The notes beneath the pieces are model-generated. The model was given only the letters and a program-made list of their open reading frames with translations, was not told where the DNA came from and ran no database searches. A DNA stretch of 64,000 nucleotides from Myxococcota bacterium (lineage in GTDB: Bacteria > Myxococcota_A > SURF-8 > G963663525), in assembly GCA_963676915.2 (NCBI GenBank), contig CAXXVK010000006.1, positions 66,089 to 130,088 of the forward strand, in the 5' to 3' direction. The position numbers were made by a program, and so were the translations under genes. Position 1 is the first letter of the stretch. Each line of letters starts with the position of its first letter. Below are positions 21,124-29,448 of this stretch, in pieces.

Positions 21124-22287
21124 TTATAGTTTGGATAAAACTTCTTTCAGTGCCGAGACAAATCGCAGCGCCTCGTCTCGAGTCAATGTCAGTGGCGGCA
21201 TGACGCGCAGAACGTGAGGATCAATGCAGCTTCCCGAAAGGATCAAGTGACGATCCCTAAGTACCGGCTGTATCGCTTTCGTTTCCGCTTCCGTTTCGAT
21301 GCCGACAAGCAGTCCCAAACCCCGAACGTTCTTGACTCCCGGGATTTTTGACAGTTCCTCGTGAAGCAACTTGCCGAGTTGGTGGGCGTTGTCGATCAGT
21401 TTGTCTTTTTCGAGCGTTTCCAGGGTTGCCAGTCCCGCCGCCGAGGCTACAGGTCCGCCGCCGAAAGTCGTACCCAACATACCTGGTCCGATCTGATCGG
21501 TGATGTTCCGGTCGGCCAAAGTGGCTGCTACGGGAAATCCTCCGCCAAGACCTTTGGCGAGCGTCAGAACATGAGGGTGGACGCCCAACGCCTGCGAAGC
21601 CGTGAACGCACCGCTTCGTCCTGTGCCGCACTGCACTTCGTCGAATACCAGCAGCGAGCCGGTTTCGTCGCAGCGATCACGTAGCGCCTGCAAAAAAGCC
21701 TTGTCCGCCGTTCGCGCGCCGCCAAGTCCCTGTACCGGTTCAATCACGACCGCCGCGCAGCCGTCGCCGATAGCTTTCAGCGCTGCATCGGTGTAGTTGA
21801 ACGGTACGATTTTGACGTGAGGATACAGCGGTTCACCTTCGAGGCAAGCGAGCTTACGGTACTTTTCGATACCGCCAATGGAAAGCATCAGCAGGCTGCG
21901 TCCGTGGAATCCACCCTCGAAGGCTACGACGGTTTTTCGCTTCGTGACGATCCGGGCGAGCGTCAGCGCGTTTTCGTTGCTTTCCGCTCCGCTGTTACAC
22001 AAAAAGGCGGCGTACATGTTTTCCGGGGCCATGGCCACGAGTTTTTCACAAAACTTCCGTCGGATTTTCAGGTCGACCGCATTGGAGTAAAAAGTCAGTC
22101 GTTCGGCCTGTTGCGCAATGGCTTTGGTTAGAGCCGGATGGGCGTGCCCTAGTGCTGCCACGGCGTGACCGCCGTACATGTCGAGATACTCCCTGCCTTC
22201 GGAGTCGATGACTACGTTGCCGTGACCTGAGACGATTTCGAAGGGAAGCTGTTGATAAACAGGCATTTGAGGAGGAGCGCTTAGCAT
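21124..22287 (-). CDS. argD: Acetylornithine aminotransferase (class III PLP)
   Basis: 'YLDMYGGHAV', 'NSGAESNE', 'FHGR', 'FDEVQCG', 'LAKGLGGG', 'TTFGGGP'. Confidence 0.92.
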   Translation of the reverse strand: MLSAPPQMPVYQQLPFEIVSGHGNVVIDSEGREYLDMYGGHAVAALGHAHPALTKAIAQQAERLTFYSNAVDLKIRRKFCEKLVAMAPENMYAAFLCNSGAESNENALTLARIVTKRKTVVAFEGGFHGRSLLMLSIGGIEKYRKLACLEGEPLYPHVKIVPFNYTDAALKAIGDGCAAVVIEPVQGLGGARTADKAFLQALRDRCDETGSLLVFDEVQCGTGRSGAFTASQALGVHPHVLTLAKGLGGGFPVAATLADRNITDQIGPGMLGTTFGGGPVASAAGLATLETLEKDKLIDNAHQLGKLLHEELSKIPGVKNVRGLGLLVGIETEAETKAIQPVLRDRHLILSGSCIDPHVLRVMPPLTLTRDEALRFVSALKEVLSKL

Positions 22288-23312
22288 GGAAAACCTCCCG
22301 CGATCTGCAATCCCGCCGTCTCTTCCAGTCCGAGCGACAGGTTCATGTTCTGAATGGCTTGTCCCGCTGCACCTTTGACGAGGTTGTCTAGTGCCAGCGT
22401 AATGACGAGTTCCCGTTGCGATTGCGTGACGTGCACGTGGACGTGGTTTGTTCCTGCCACTTCGGCTACTTGTGGTGGCGCTTCGGTTACCGTGACGAAC
22501 GGGTGATCGCTATAGTAATCCCGAAAGAGCGTTTCGGCATCTAAATCACTGTAAATTTCGTGTTCCAGGTAGGTCGTCGTGTGAATGCCACGCACGAACG
22601 GACCCGAGTGGGGAAGCAGGCGGATCGACGGCTTTTGTCCCGTGACGGTTTCGATAGTCTGGACGATTTCCGGCTCGTGCTGATGGGCAAGCAGTTTGTA
22701 GGCCCAGAAATTCCCGTGACGATGCGGATGATGTGTACCGGGTTTGGGATGAATACCCGATCCCGAGGAGCCGGTAACGGCATAGACGGCCGGATTTACA
22801 GGTAATATCGATTCCTTAGCCAAAGGCAACAAGGCCAGTTGCACTGCCGTGGCAAAACAACCGGGATTCGCAATACGGCTGTGTCCTTTGAGGTCGTTTC
22901 GAAACGCTTCGGGAAGTCCGTAGCGGTACCGGGAGACGAGATCGAAACAGGTGTGCGGCATGAACGAACGTTCGAATGCTTCACGGTCATGCAAACGGAA
23001 ATCGGCGGCCAGATCGACGATGCAGGGAAGCTCGGAGTCGGTCAGATCCGCAAGAAAACTCATGCTTTTGCCATGGGGCAGAGCAGAAAACAGCACGTCG
23101 GCATCTTCGAGAACTTTCGAAGGGGAAAACGCCTCGAAATCGAGAGCCAGCAGATGACGAAGACCGCGATGCACGGCATGAACGGGTTTGCCTTCGTGAC
23201 TATGGCTGTAGGCGTGGAGTCCGGAGACGTTCGGATGTCCCGCAAGCAGGCGTAGCAATTCGCCTCCTGCCATGCCTCCAGCGCCGAGGACCGCTACTCG
23301 CAGATCGTTCAT
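22281..23312 (-). CDS. argC: N-acetyl-gamma-glutamyl-phosphate reductase
   Basis: 'GAGGMAGGELLRLL', 'ALPHG', 'DLAADFRL', 'YGLPE', 'IANPGCFAT', 'DNLVKGAAGQAIQNMN'. Confidence 0.96.
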   Translation of the reverse strand: MNDLRVAVLGAGGMAGGELLRLLAGHPNVSGLHAYSHSHEGKPVHAVHRGLRHLLALDFEAFSPSKVLEDADVLFSALPHGKSMSFLADLTDSELPCIVDLAADFRLHDREAFERSFMPHTCFDLVSRYRYGLPEAFRNDLKGHSRIANPGCFATAVQLALLPLAKESILPVNPAVYAVTGSSGSGIHPKPGTHHPHRHGNFWAYKLLAHQHEPEIVQTIETVTGQKPSIRLLPHSGPFVRGIHTTTYLEHEIYSDLDAETLFRDYYSDHPFVTVTEAPPQVAEVAGTNHVHVHVTQSQRELVITLALDNLVKGAAGQAIQNMNLSLGLEETAGLQIAGGFPC

Positions 23313-24373
23313 GCCGGTTTCTCCACTTTTTCCAGTGCCTTCAGTACCACTCCGGCCAATCCTTCCAGATCGTAGCGAGCGTTGTGTGCGGCGAGTTTCA
23401 GTTGGTTTTCGATGTATCCCCGGCCTACGCCGTTATCCGTTACCGGTCCGGCCATGGCGTCGATGGTCAAGCCGAAACGCTGGTGATAAATTTCTTTTGC
23501 TCCATAGGCCGCTACGGGATCGGGGGCGCATACGATGTGACACGAAGCCGCCTGTTGGAATTCGGGATCGGAAAGGATGTCCGATACACCGTAATCGCCC
23601 AACAGACCGTCACCCAGTTCGGCTACGATCAGATCGGGTTTCTCGGAAGCCAGGAAGTTGATAAGTCCTTTAGAGACGGGAAGAATCCGTGCCCCTCGTG
23701 TAGAGACGACCCCGGCATCGGTGAAGTCGAGGATACGGCTGGCCCCGGCGTCTTTCATGGCGAGAACGTCGCGCATCAGACTTACACCGGTTAGTTTGCA
23801 GGCAGCGACCTGCATGCCTTGATGGGAAAGCGCTCGGACGATTTCGGTGGCGGCCACGGTTTTTCCGCTGTTCATGCTCGTGCCTGCCACAAAGACGAGA
23901 GGCGGCAGCTTGGCGAGAGTTTCGCTAGGTTCGATTCCGTTCGATTCGATGCGTGCTGGCTGGCCCACGCGGTCGCCGACACGGGGGAATTTCAGAATGG
24001 AACCCAGCACTTCGGCCTCGAAGGGGTCACCCAACTCCGGGTTGATGGCGGTGCAACGTCCCAGCACGCCTCCCAAGTTGAGCACTTGTACCGTATCTCC
24101 GGCGGCGAGCGTATCGGGCACTACTCCTGCATACCCTTTAAGCGCCATTCGGTAGCCTAAAACACCTGCAAGAATATCGTCGCGGTGGAGTTTGATCATC
24201 CGCCCGTTGATATCCTCGATACGGTTGTAGGTGTACTTGCTGTTGAGAATACGCACAGCCAGCAGGTGACCTTCCTCGCAGACGATTTCGTCTCCGACGA
24301 GCACGTCGGGAGAAAGCGAGGCATTGCGCGTTGAAGAGGCGATACGGTCGAGTTTGATTTTTCGGACTTGCAT
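23309..24373 (-). CDS. Uncharacterised DUF1611-like P-loop protein, first gene of the arg operon
   Basis: Deviant Walker A 'VAGTSMNSGKT', 'KLTG', 'DFTDAG', Walker-B-like 'LIVAELGDG'. 4-bp ATGA overlap with argC. Confidence 0.7.
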   Translation of the reverse strand: MQVRKIKLDRIASSTRNASLSPDVLVGDEIVCEEGHLLAVRILNSKYTYNRIEDINGRMIKLHRDDILAGVLGYRMALKGYAGVVPDTLAAGDTVQVLNLGGVLGRCTAINPELGDPFEAEVLGSILKFPRVGDRVGQPARIESNGIEPSETLAKLPPLVFVAGTSMNSGKTVAATEIVRALSHQGMQVAACKLTGVSLMRDVLAMKDAGASRILDFTDAGVVSTRGARILPVSKGLINFLASEKPDLIVAELGDGLLGDYGVSDILSDPEFQQAASCHIVCAPDPVAAYGAKEIYHQRFGLTIDAMAGPVTDNGVGRGYIENQLKLAAHNARYDLEGLAGVVLKALEKVEKPA

Positions 24374-24388
24374 AGGATTCGCCTTTAA

Positions 24389-24446
24389 AATGCATAAATA
24401 TGCAACAAAATGCAGTTATAATGCATGAAAGATGCATAAAGTCAAG
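24389..24446 (-). promoter_or_regulatory. arg operon promoter with ARG-box-like operators
   Basis: TGCAT-aaat-ATGCA palindrome (24391-24404) plus further TGCA half-sites at 24411, 24422 and 24433. Minus-strand TTGACT -35 at 24440-24445. Confidence 0.7.
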
Positions 24447-24966
24447 TTTAAAACGGTGGAATATTCGTGTGATTTTGCAGAAACGTACCGTTTCGCTTTT
24501 TTTGAGTCAATTTTTCAGGAGGATTGTGATGGAATACCGGATTCAGCCTGTGAAGAAAATACTTATCAGGGATACTATGAATGAGATTCTCTTGGTGAAT
24601 TGAAAACCAGTATTAGGCAAATGTAGAAATTGCAATTTAATCGTGTTTTGTTGTTTCCATCCCTTTTTACACTTGTTGAGCTCTTCCAAATTATGATCCA
24701 GTAAAGAATTTTTGCAGGAAAAGAGAGGCTTTATTACGAGGAAAGGGAACTGCCAATCCAGGCCACGAGAACTGGATGTGTGTTCCTGAATGTTGGGTGC
24801 TGAAAGGTCACTTCTACGAAATCCGATGCTCTGGTTGGAACGTGGCGCACTTACAGAAAGCTCGAGTTTGCTCTGACTCTCCACCTTTTTCTGCAATTTG
24901 TATAATTCTGCCTTGTACTCTATATTAATATAAGAAATTATATAGTTTAAGGTTTGGAGGTTGCCA

Positions 24967-26120
24967 ATGACTAAGGGGCATCAGAAAACGTATTTTTTTG
25001 TTTTCTATATTACTACGATTTTCATTTTCGTGGCATGTGGCGGGAGTGATGATGGGGACGATGATTACGAAGATAATGGAAGCAGCGAATATGGCCGATC
25101 GGAGCCTAGTTCCTGTGAATCCACGACTGGGGGCGATTGTTTCGCCTGTGACATGCCTCCGAATATCCCAGCGGTTCCCGATCACCTGGAACCTGAAAAT
25201 TTACCTTGGGAAATGGGCCGCCTTTTAGCGATCAGTCACCCATCAACACCCCTATCGGAGAAAACCCCACGATACACTCCAATTCGGAAGCGATGATCGA
25301 AAAGTTGGTTAAGGATCAGGAGGAAAACGGCTTTTTCATTACTTTGACCAAGTGGACTATGCCAATCTATCTTGCCGATGCTTCGACCAAACGTTATCGC
25401 TTGGAATTAATCAACAACTGGGGGTGTGGAACTGCTCTTTTAGACGTGCCGATCCCGGACTGGACCATGCCAGATGACAGCAACGACGGTCGTATGGTGA
25501 TTATCGATACGGAAAACAATATGTCTTTCGATATCTGGCAGGGGTGTACCAACGGAGAAACCTGGAGTGCCAGTTGGGCCAACTCCATAAGTCTGGATGG
25601 AACGGGAATTTTTCCGGACGGTATGTCTTCGAGAGGCTCGGGATTCTCTCTGATGGGCGGCATGATCTGGCCCCATGAGTTGGAAGCGGGGAAAATCGAT
25701 CATGCTCTAGTATTTTCCACCACCTATGCTCGTAGCGGTGGTCCGGTAGACCCTGCAACGGAAAGCGATGGCTACAAGAAGGGTGATGACTACCTCCCCG
25801 AGGGGGCACTCGTGCAACTGGATCCGGGGTACGACACCAGCGGTCTCAACGATATCGAAAAAATCATCGCCGAGGCACTTAAAACCTACGGAATGTATCT
25901 TGTAGACATTGGCGGCGGTATTGAGCTTCAAGCGGTCCATGTGTTATCGTTCCCGGAAAATCCTTATACAAAGTTTGGTATGGAAGCGGATCAGGATGGC
26001 GTTTGGAATTTCGACAACCTGAGTATCGAGCATTTCCGGGTGATCGATTTTGGTGAACAACATCCGGACTGGACCGATGGTCGGTGTTTCGAGGATGATC
26101 CGAAATTCGACTATCCCTAA
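24967..26120 (+). pseudogene. Secreted lipoprotein split by a single-base frameshift (pseudogene or sequencing error)
   Basis: The lipobox ORF ('FVACGGSDD') runs into the ORF 'NGPPFSDQSPINTPIG...RGSGFSLMGGMIWPHEL...IDHAL...ALKTYGMYLVD'. Adding one A at 25211-25213 joins them in frame. Confidence 0.7.
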
Positions 26121-26606
26121 GCATTTCAGTGTATATCTGTGCACGAAGTCTGATTGCGTCCGTATTCGGTCCATCTGATTGGAATGCCAACGGGTGCGTT
26201 CGGAGGAGCGAATCCTGTAGCCAAAGTTTACTGGATGGGTTCGATTTCCAAGAATGCATTTCGAAAGAAGCGTCAGACACGTTTACTGGCATGTTTGGCA
26301 GTGAGGCGAATCTGCATTGTCCATCCCAGGGCTTGCACGCCTGCTTTGGTCATGTACATGGCCTCTGCAACCACACTGGCCAGAGTTTTTTAACGAGGTC
26401 GACTACATGGTGTTCGATCCAGTACAAAATGGTGTGGGGGCTCGTCATGGGTCATCTCATTATGGAAACTTGACACTTCCATAGTTGCGTCATGGCAGGT
26501 TCTTTTTAAAAATACTGAGGGTGAGTCCATTCGGGTGCTGAAATATCATAAAAAATGCACTGGAAACTTGACACGTTCCCATCTTCAGACTAAAAGGACA
26601 CTTCCA

Positions 26607-26683
26607 CGGCGTGTAGCGCAGCCTGGTAGCGCGCTTGGTTCGGGACCAAGAAGTCGGAGGTTCAAATCCTCTCACGCCGACCA
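26607..26683 (+). tRNA. tRNA-Pro (anticodon CGG)
   Basis: Cloverleaf with acceptor CGGCGTG/CACGCCG, anticodon arm CTTGG-TTCGGGA-CCAAG, T arm GGAGG-TTCAAAT-CCTCT, and encoded CCA. Confidence 0.98.
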
Positions 26684-26690
26684 AAGATTC

Positions 26691-26725
26691 CGGGCACTTA
26701 CGAAACCTCGTGAGTGCCCGTTTTT
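26691..26725 (+). terminator. Intrinsic terminator after the tRNA
   Basis: CGGGCACTTACGA-aacc-TCGTGAGTGCCCG followed by TTTTT. Confidence 0.8.
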
Positions 26726-26728
26726 CGT

Positions 26729-27094
26729 TTACATTGACAAATATTGACAAAGTTGCAGGAATTGACCCGCCACCTGCCGGACTTTTTCATCCTCATGGCC
26801 GTCAAGTTCCAGTGCCATTTTCTTTGTTTCCTGGATCATTTCCGAGTCAACTGACATGAGGTTCATTTGCCGGGCCAGATACGGAGCCGTAAGGTGTCCG
26901 TAGGTGTCAACGGTTGTGATAATGTCCGTATGACCCAAGACTGCCTGGGCATAGGCCGGACCAGCCTGCATCATGCAGTTCGACCCACAGACATGCCTCA
27001 GTTCGTGGAGGGTCATTTCACGAATCCCCAGTTTCCGACAGGCCGTCTTCAACCGTTTGTGTAAATCGTTTCTGAAAGTGGGATAGCAGCCATT
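26729..27094 (-). pseudogene. Truncated tyrosine recombinase/integrase (C-terminal fragment)
   Basis: 'LHELRH' (HxxR), 'VLGH' and 'DTYGH' (catalytic Tyr) are present. An in-frame stop at about 27095 lies upstream and the N-terminal part is missing. Points toward the tRNA. Confidence 0.85.
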
Positions 27095-27299
27095 TCAAAT
27101 CGATTCGCCTCATGATCTACCTTATCTCTTTGATTTCACACAGAATATCTCATTTTCTCAAACCAACAACCGGATAGTAGTGGTTTGGCGACACTTTTAA
27201 TCATTTTTGAGAATCGCTGATATTGGTTTTGTCGTGAGGATCAGTACTGGTTTCCACTCTTTCGGGAGAAGATCAGAGACATTGTGATTTCTATCCGGT

Positions 27300-29420
27300 T
27301 CAACGGTTCCCAACTGTCGATGAGAGAAATTCGTCAAGGGACATTGTTGCAATATTCCCTGCATCAGAAGCCTTTATTTGAACGTGGCTTGCGTAGACAT
27401 GCAGATAGAGGGATTCGTAGACAGCGACAAGATCCGTCGAAGGTTGGTTCAAGCAAAGTTTCTGAAATTCATAGGAAAATTCGTCTGCGAGCCAGGTATC
27501 CATTCCCACGTCGTATTGGGTGCTTATGGAGTTTTCCGTTTCATTGGATGATGTAAACATCACGACGCCTGGGGTATCCACTTCTTGTCCCATCAAGCCG
27601 GAATGGCAGGATTCCACGACCAGAAGCACTCGCCGATACCGTTCCTGTTCATACATTTTCGATAAAGTTTCCGCCAACAATTTCGGGGTCATATTCGAAA
27701 CTACGCCTCCGTTCCAATCGAGGTGATCGGTTGCGCCGACTTTCAGCCCTTCGTCCGTTCCATGGCCGACGAAAAAGATGAATAGGTTGTCTCCCGGACC
27801 GCTCTCCACGACGGTTGGAAGTACTTCCGTACTTTCTCCCGCCAGGATGTGAAGAATGTCGAAAGACGTAAGATTCTCCAGCAGGTAATCCACCTCGACG
27901 TCGTGATACAGATTTTCTCCTCCCACCTCGTTATAGATCTCGCCCGGATGGAGATTTTTTCCCGAATCCGCGATATCGTCCGCGAGAATCAGCAGAATGT
28001 GATCGTCATCAAAACCGTTACTTTTCAGAATCTGGTAAAGCGCCAGTGCATCAGCTTGGTGTCTGTAATTGGTCCATCCCGAGGAAACGGCTGCAATCAA
28101 CGCCCACGATCCCGTGTGATCACCCGGTTGATAATCACTCTCGTTATCGAGGAGCTGTTGTTTTGCATGGGATGCAAAGGACCGATCGATGGATTGATCG
28201 TACCCGGACGTAAACCATTTATCCTCAACGAATTCTCCGTTTTCAACTTTCCAATGTGCGTAAGTGGACGAAACAAGGTCGGTTTGCACCGTTTCGTCGT
28301 AATCGAGCAGTCCGGTGCTTCCCGAAATGTCTGGAAAAGAACCTTTTCGCAGTCGTTCCAGAGTTTCCGAGACACCATCCCGACCCCAGCTCGTTACCTC
28401 ACCATTTCCGGCAACAACGCGGGTCATTGCCTCGGCAAGATAACCTCCTCCCAATCCTCCGGAAACCTCCAATCCGTAAGCCAACAGAAGAAGGGCGTCG
28501 TAACTGTTGGCTGCATATTCGGCAGGCCGTTCACCGAAACGTTCCAGATGAGCTTCCACGAAACCGGATTCGGGATGCGAAGCCAAACGAATGCCTTCCA
28601 CGCCTTCGGCTTCGTCCCCGAGTTCATCCAGAAGCGAAGAGGTTTGAGCTGCATCGGAAAGCAGCAGGTGGATATCGGGATCGAACTGTCGCGCCTGGCG
28701 AACGATGCATGCTGCGGATTCCGGTTCGCTCACCGCAACCACAAGAGCATCCGGCTGGTTGCTTAATGCTTTTTCGACCGCTTCATCACAGCTTTCCAGG
28801 TCGGAATTGTATCGAATCACGTTTTTCGCATCCAAATTGAGTTCGGTTGCGAAAAATCCGAACCAATCGAAAAAAGTCGCTCCATAACGGTTGTTGGAAC
28901 TGATGAGAGAGATGCTTTCGGCGTCACTCTCCTGTATGAGAAGCAACAAGGCTTTGACTTGCGCCGTATCCGATTCGACGGTACGCCAAAAATATCCTTT
29001 TCCCGCGAAAGCACGGAAAATCTCGGCCGCCGTTGCGGAAGGCGTTACGAACACCTTTCCGGCATCGAGAAATATCGAGGCCGTTTCGAAAACGCCGTCC
29101 GAGGTATCCGGTCCGATGACGCCCAGAATTTCGGGATCGTTCACGAAATTCTGGGCGGCATCTTCGTAGCCGGTTACGAACGTGTCAGTATAGACCAATT
29201 CGAGATTTCTACCGGCCACACCGCCGGATTCATTGACGTTTTCGAGTGCCCAATTCAAAGAGCGCTCCCACTGCATGGACTCGGGACCGGACAATGGAAG
29301 CATCACGCCGATTTTCAATGATGGTTTCGCCTCCTCGGAGCAACCACCGGCTCCGAGGAGGCATACGAGAAGGTTCATGAGTAGAATCAAAGAGATGGTG
29401 GTGGTTTGTCGATCGTTCAT
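27300..29420 (-). CDS. Lipoprotein: type-1 periplasmic binding protein (LivJ-like) fused to a C13 legumain-family peptidase
   Basis: Lipobox 'AGGC'; PBP1 motifs 'IGVMLPLSG', 'GGVAGRNLEL', 'YDALLLLA'; C13 motifs 'WTNYRHQAD', 'FFVGHG', 'VESCHSG'. Confidence 0.88.
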   Translation of the reverse strand: MNDRQTTTISLILLMNLLVCLLGAGGCSEEAKPSLKIGVMLPLSGPESMQWERSLNWALENVNESGGVAGRNLELVYTDTFVTGYEDAAQNFVNDPEILGVIGPDTSDGVFETASIFLDAGKVFVTPSATAAEIFRAFAGKGYFWRTVESDTAQVKALLLLIQESDAESISLISSNNRYGATFFDWFGFFATELNLDAKNVIRYNSDLESCDEAVEKALSNQPDALVVAVSEPESAACIVRQARQFDPDIHLLLSDAAQTSSLLDELGDEAEGVEGIRLASHPESGFVEAHLERFGERPAEYAANSYDALLLLAYGLEVSGGLGGGYLAEAMTRVVAGNGEVTSWGRDGVSETLERLRKGSFPDISGSTGLLDYDETVQTDLVSSTYAHWKVENGEFVEDKWFTSGYDQSIDRSFASHAKQQLLDNESDYQPGDHTGSWALIAAVSSGWTNYRHQADALALYQILKSNGFDDDHILLILADDIADSGKNLHPGEIYNEVGGENLYHDVEVDYLLENLTSFDILHILAGESTEVLPTVVESGPGDNLFIFFVGHGTDEGLKVGATDHLDWNGGVVSNMTPKLLAETLSKMYEQERYRRVLLVVESCHSGLMGQEVDTPGVVMFTSSNETENSISTQYDVGMDTWLADEFSYEFQKLCLNQPSTDLVAVYESLYLHVYASHVQIKASDAGNIATMSLDEFLSSTVGNR

Positions 29421-29448
29421 GAAACCTCTCGGATGGAGTATTTTTTCG

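Noticed and set aside
24741-24790. GGGAAC...GTTCCT hairpin suggestive of a cobalamin riboswitch
   Set aside because: Lacks the B12-box and the other conserved elements.
26121-26600. Short ORFs between the frameshifted lipoprotein and the tRNA
   Set aside because: No recognisable motifs, RBS or coding-like composition.
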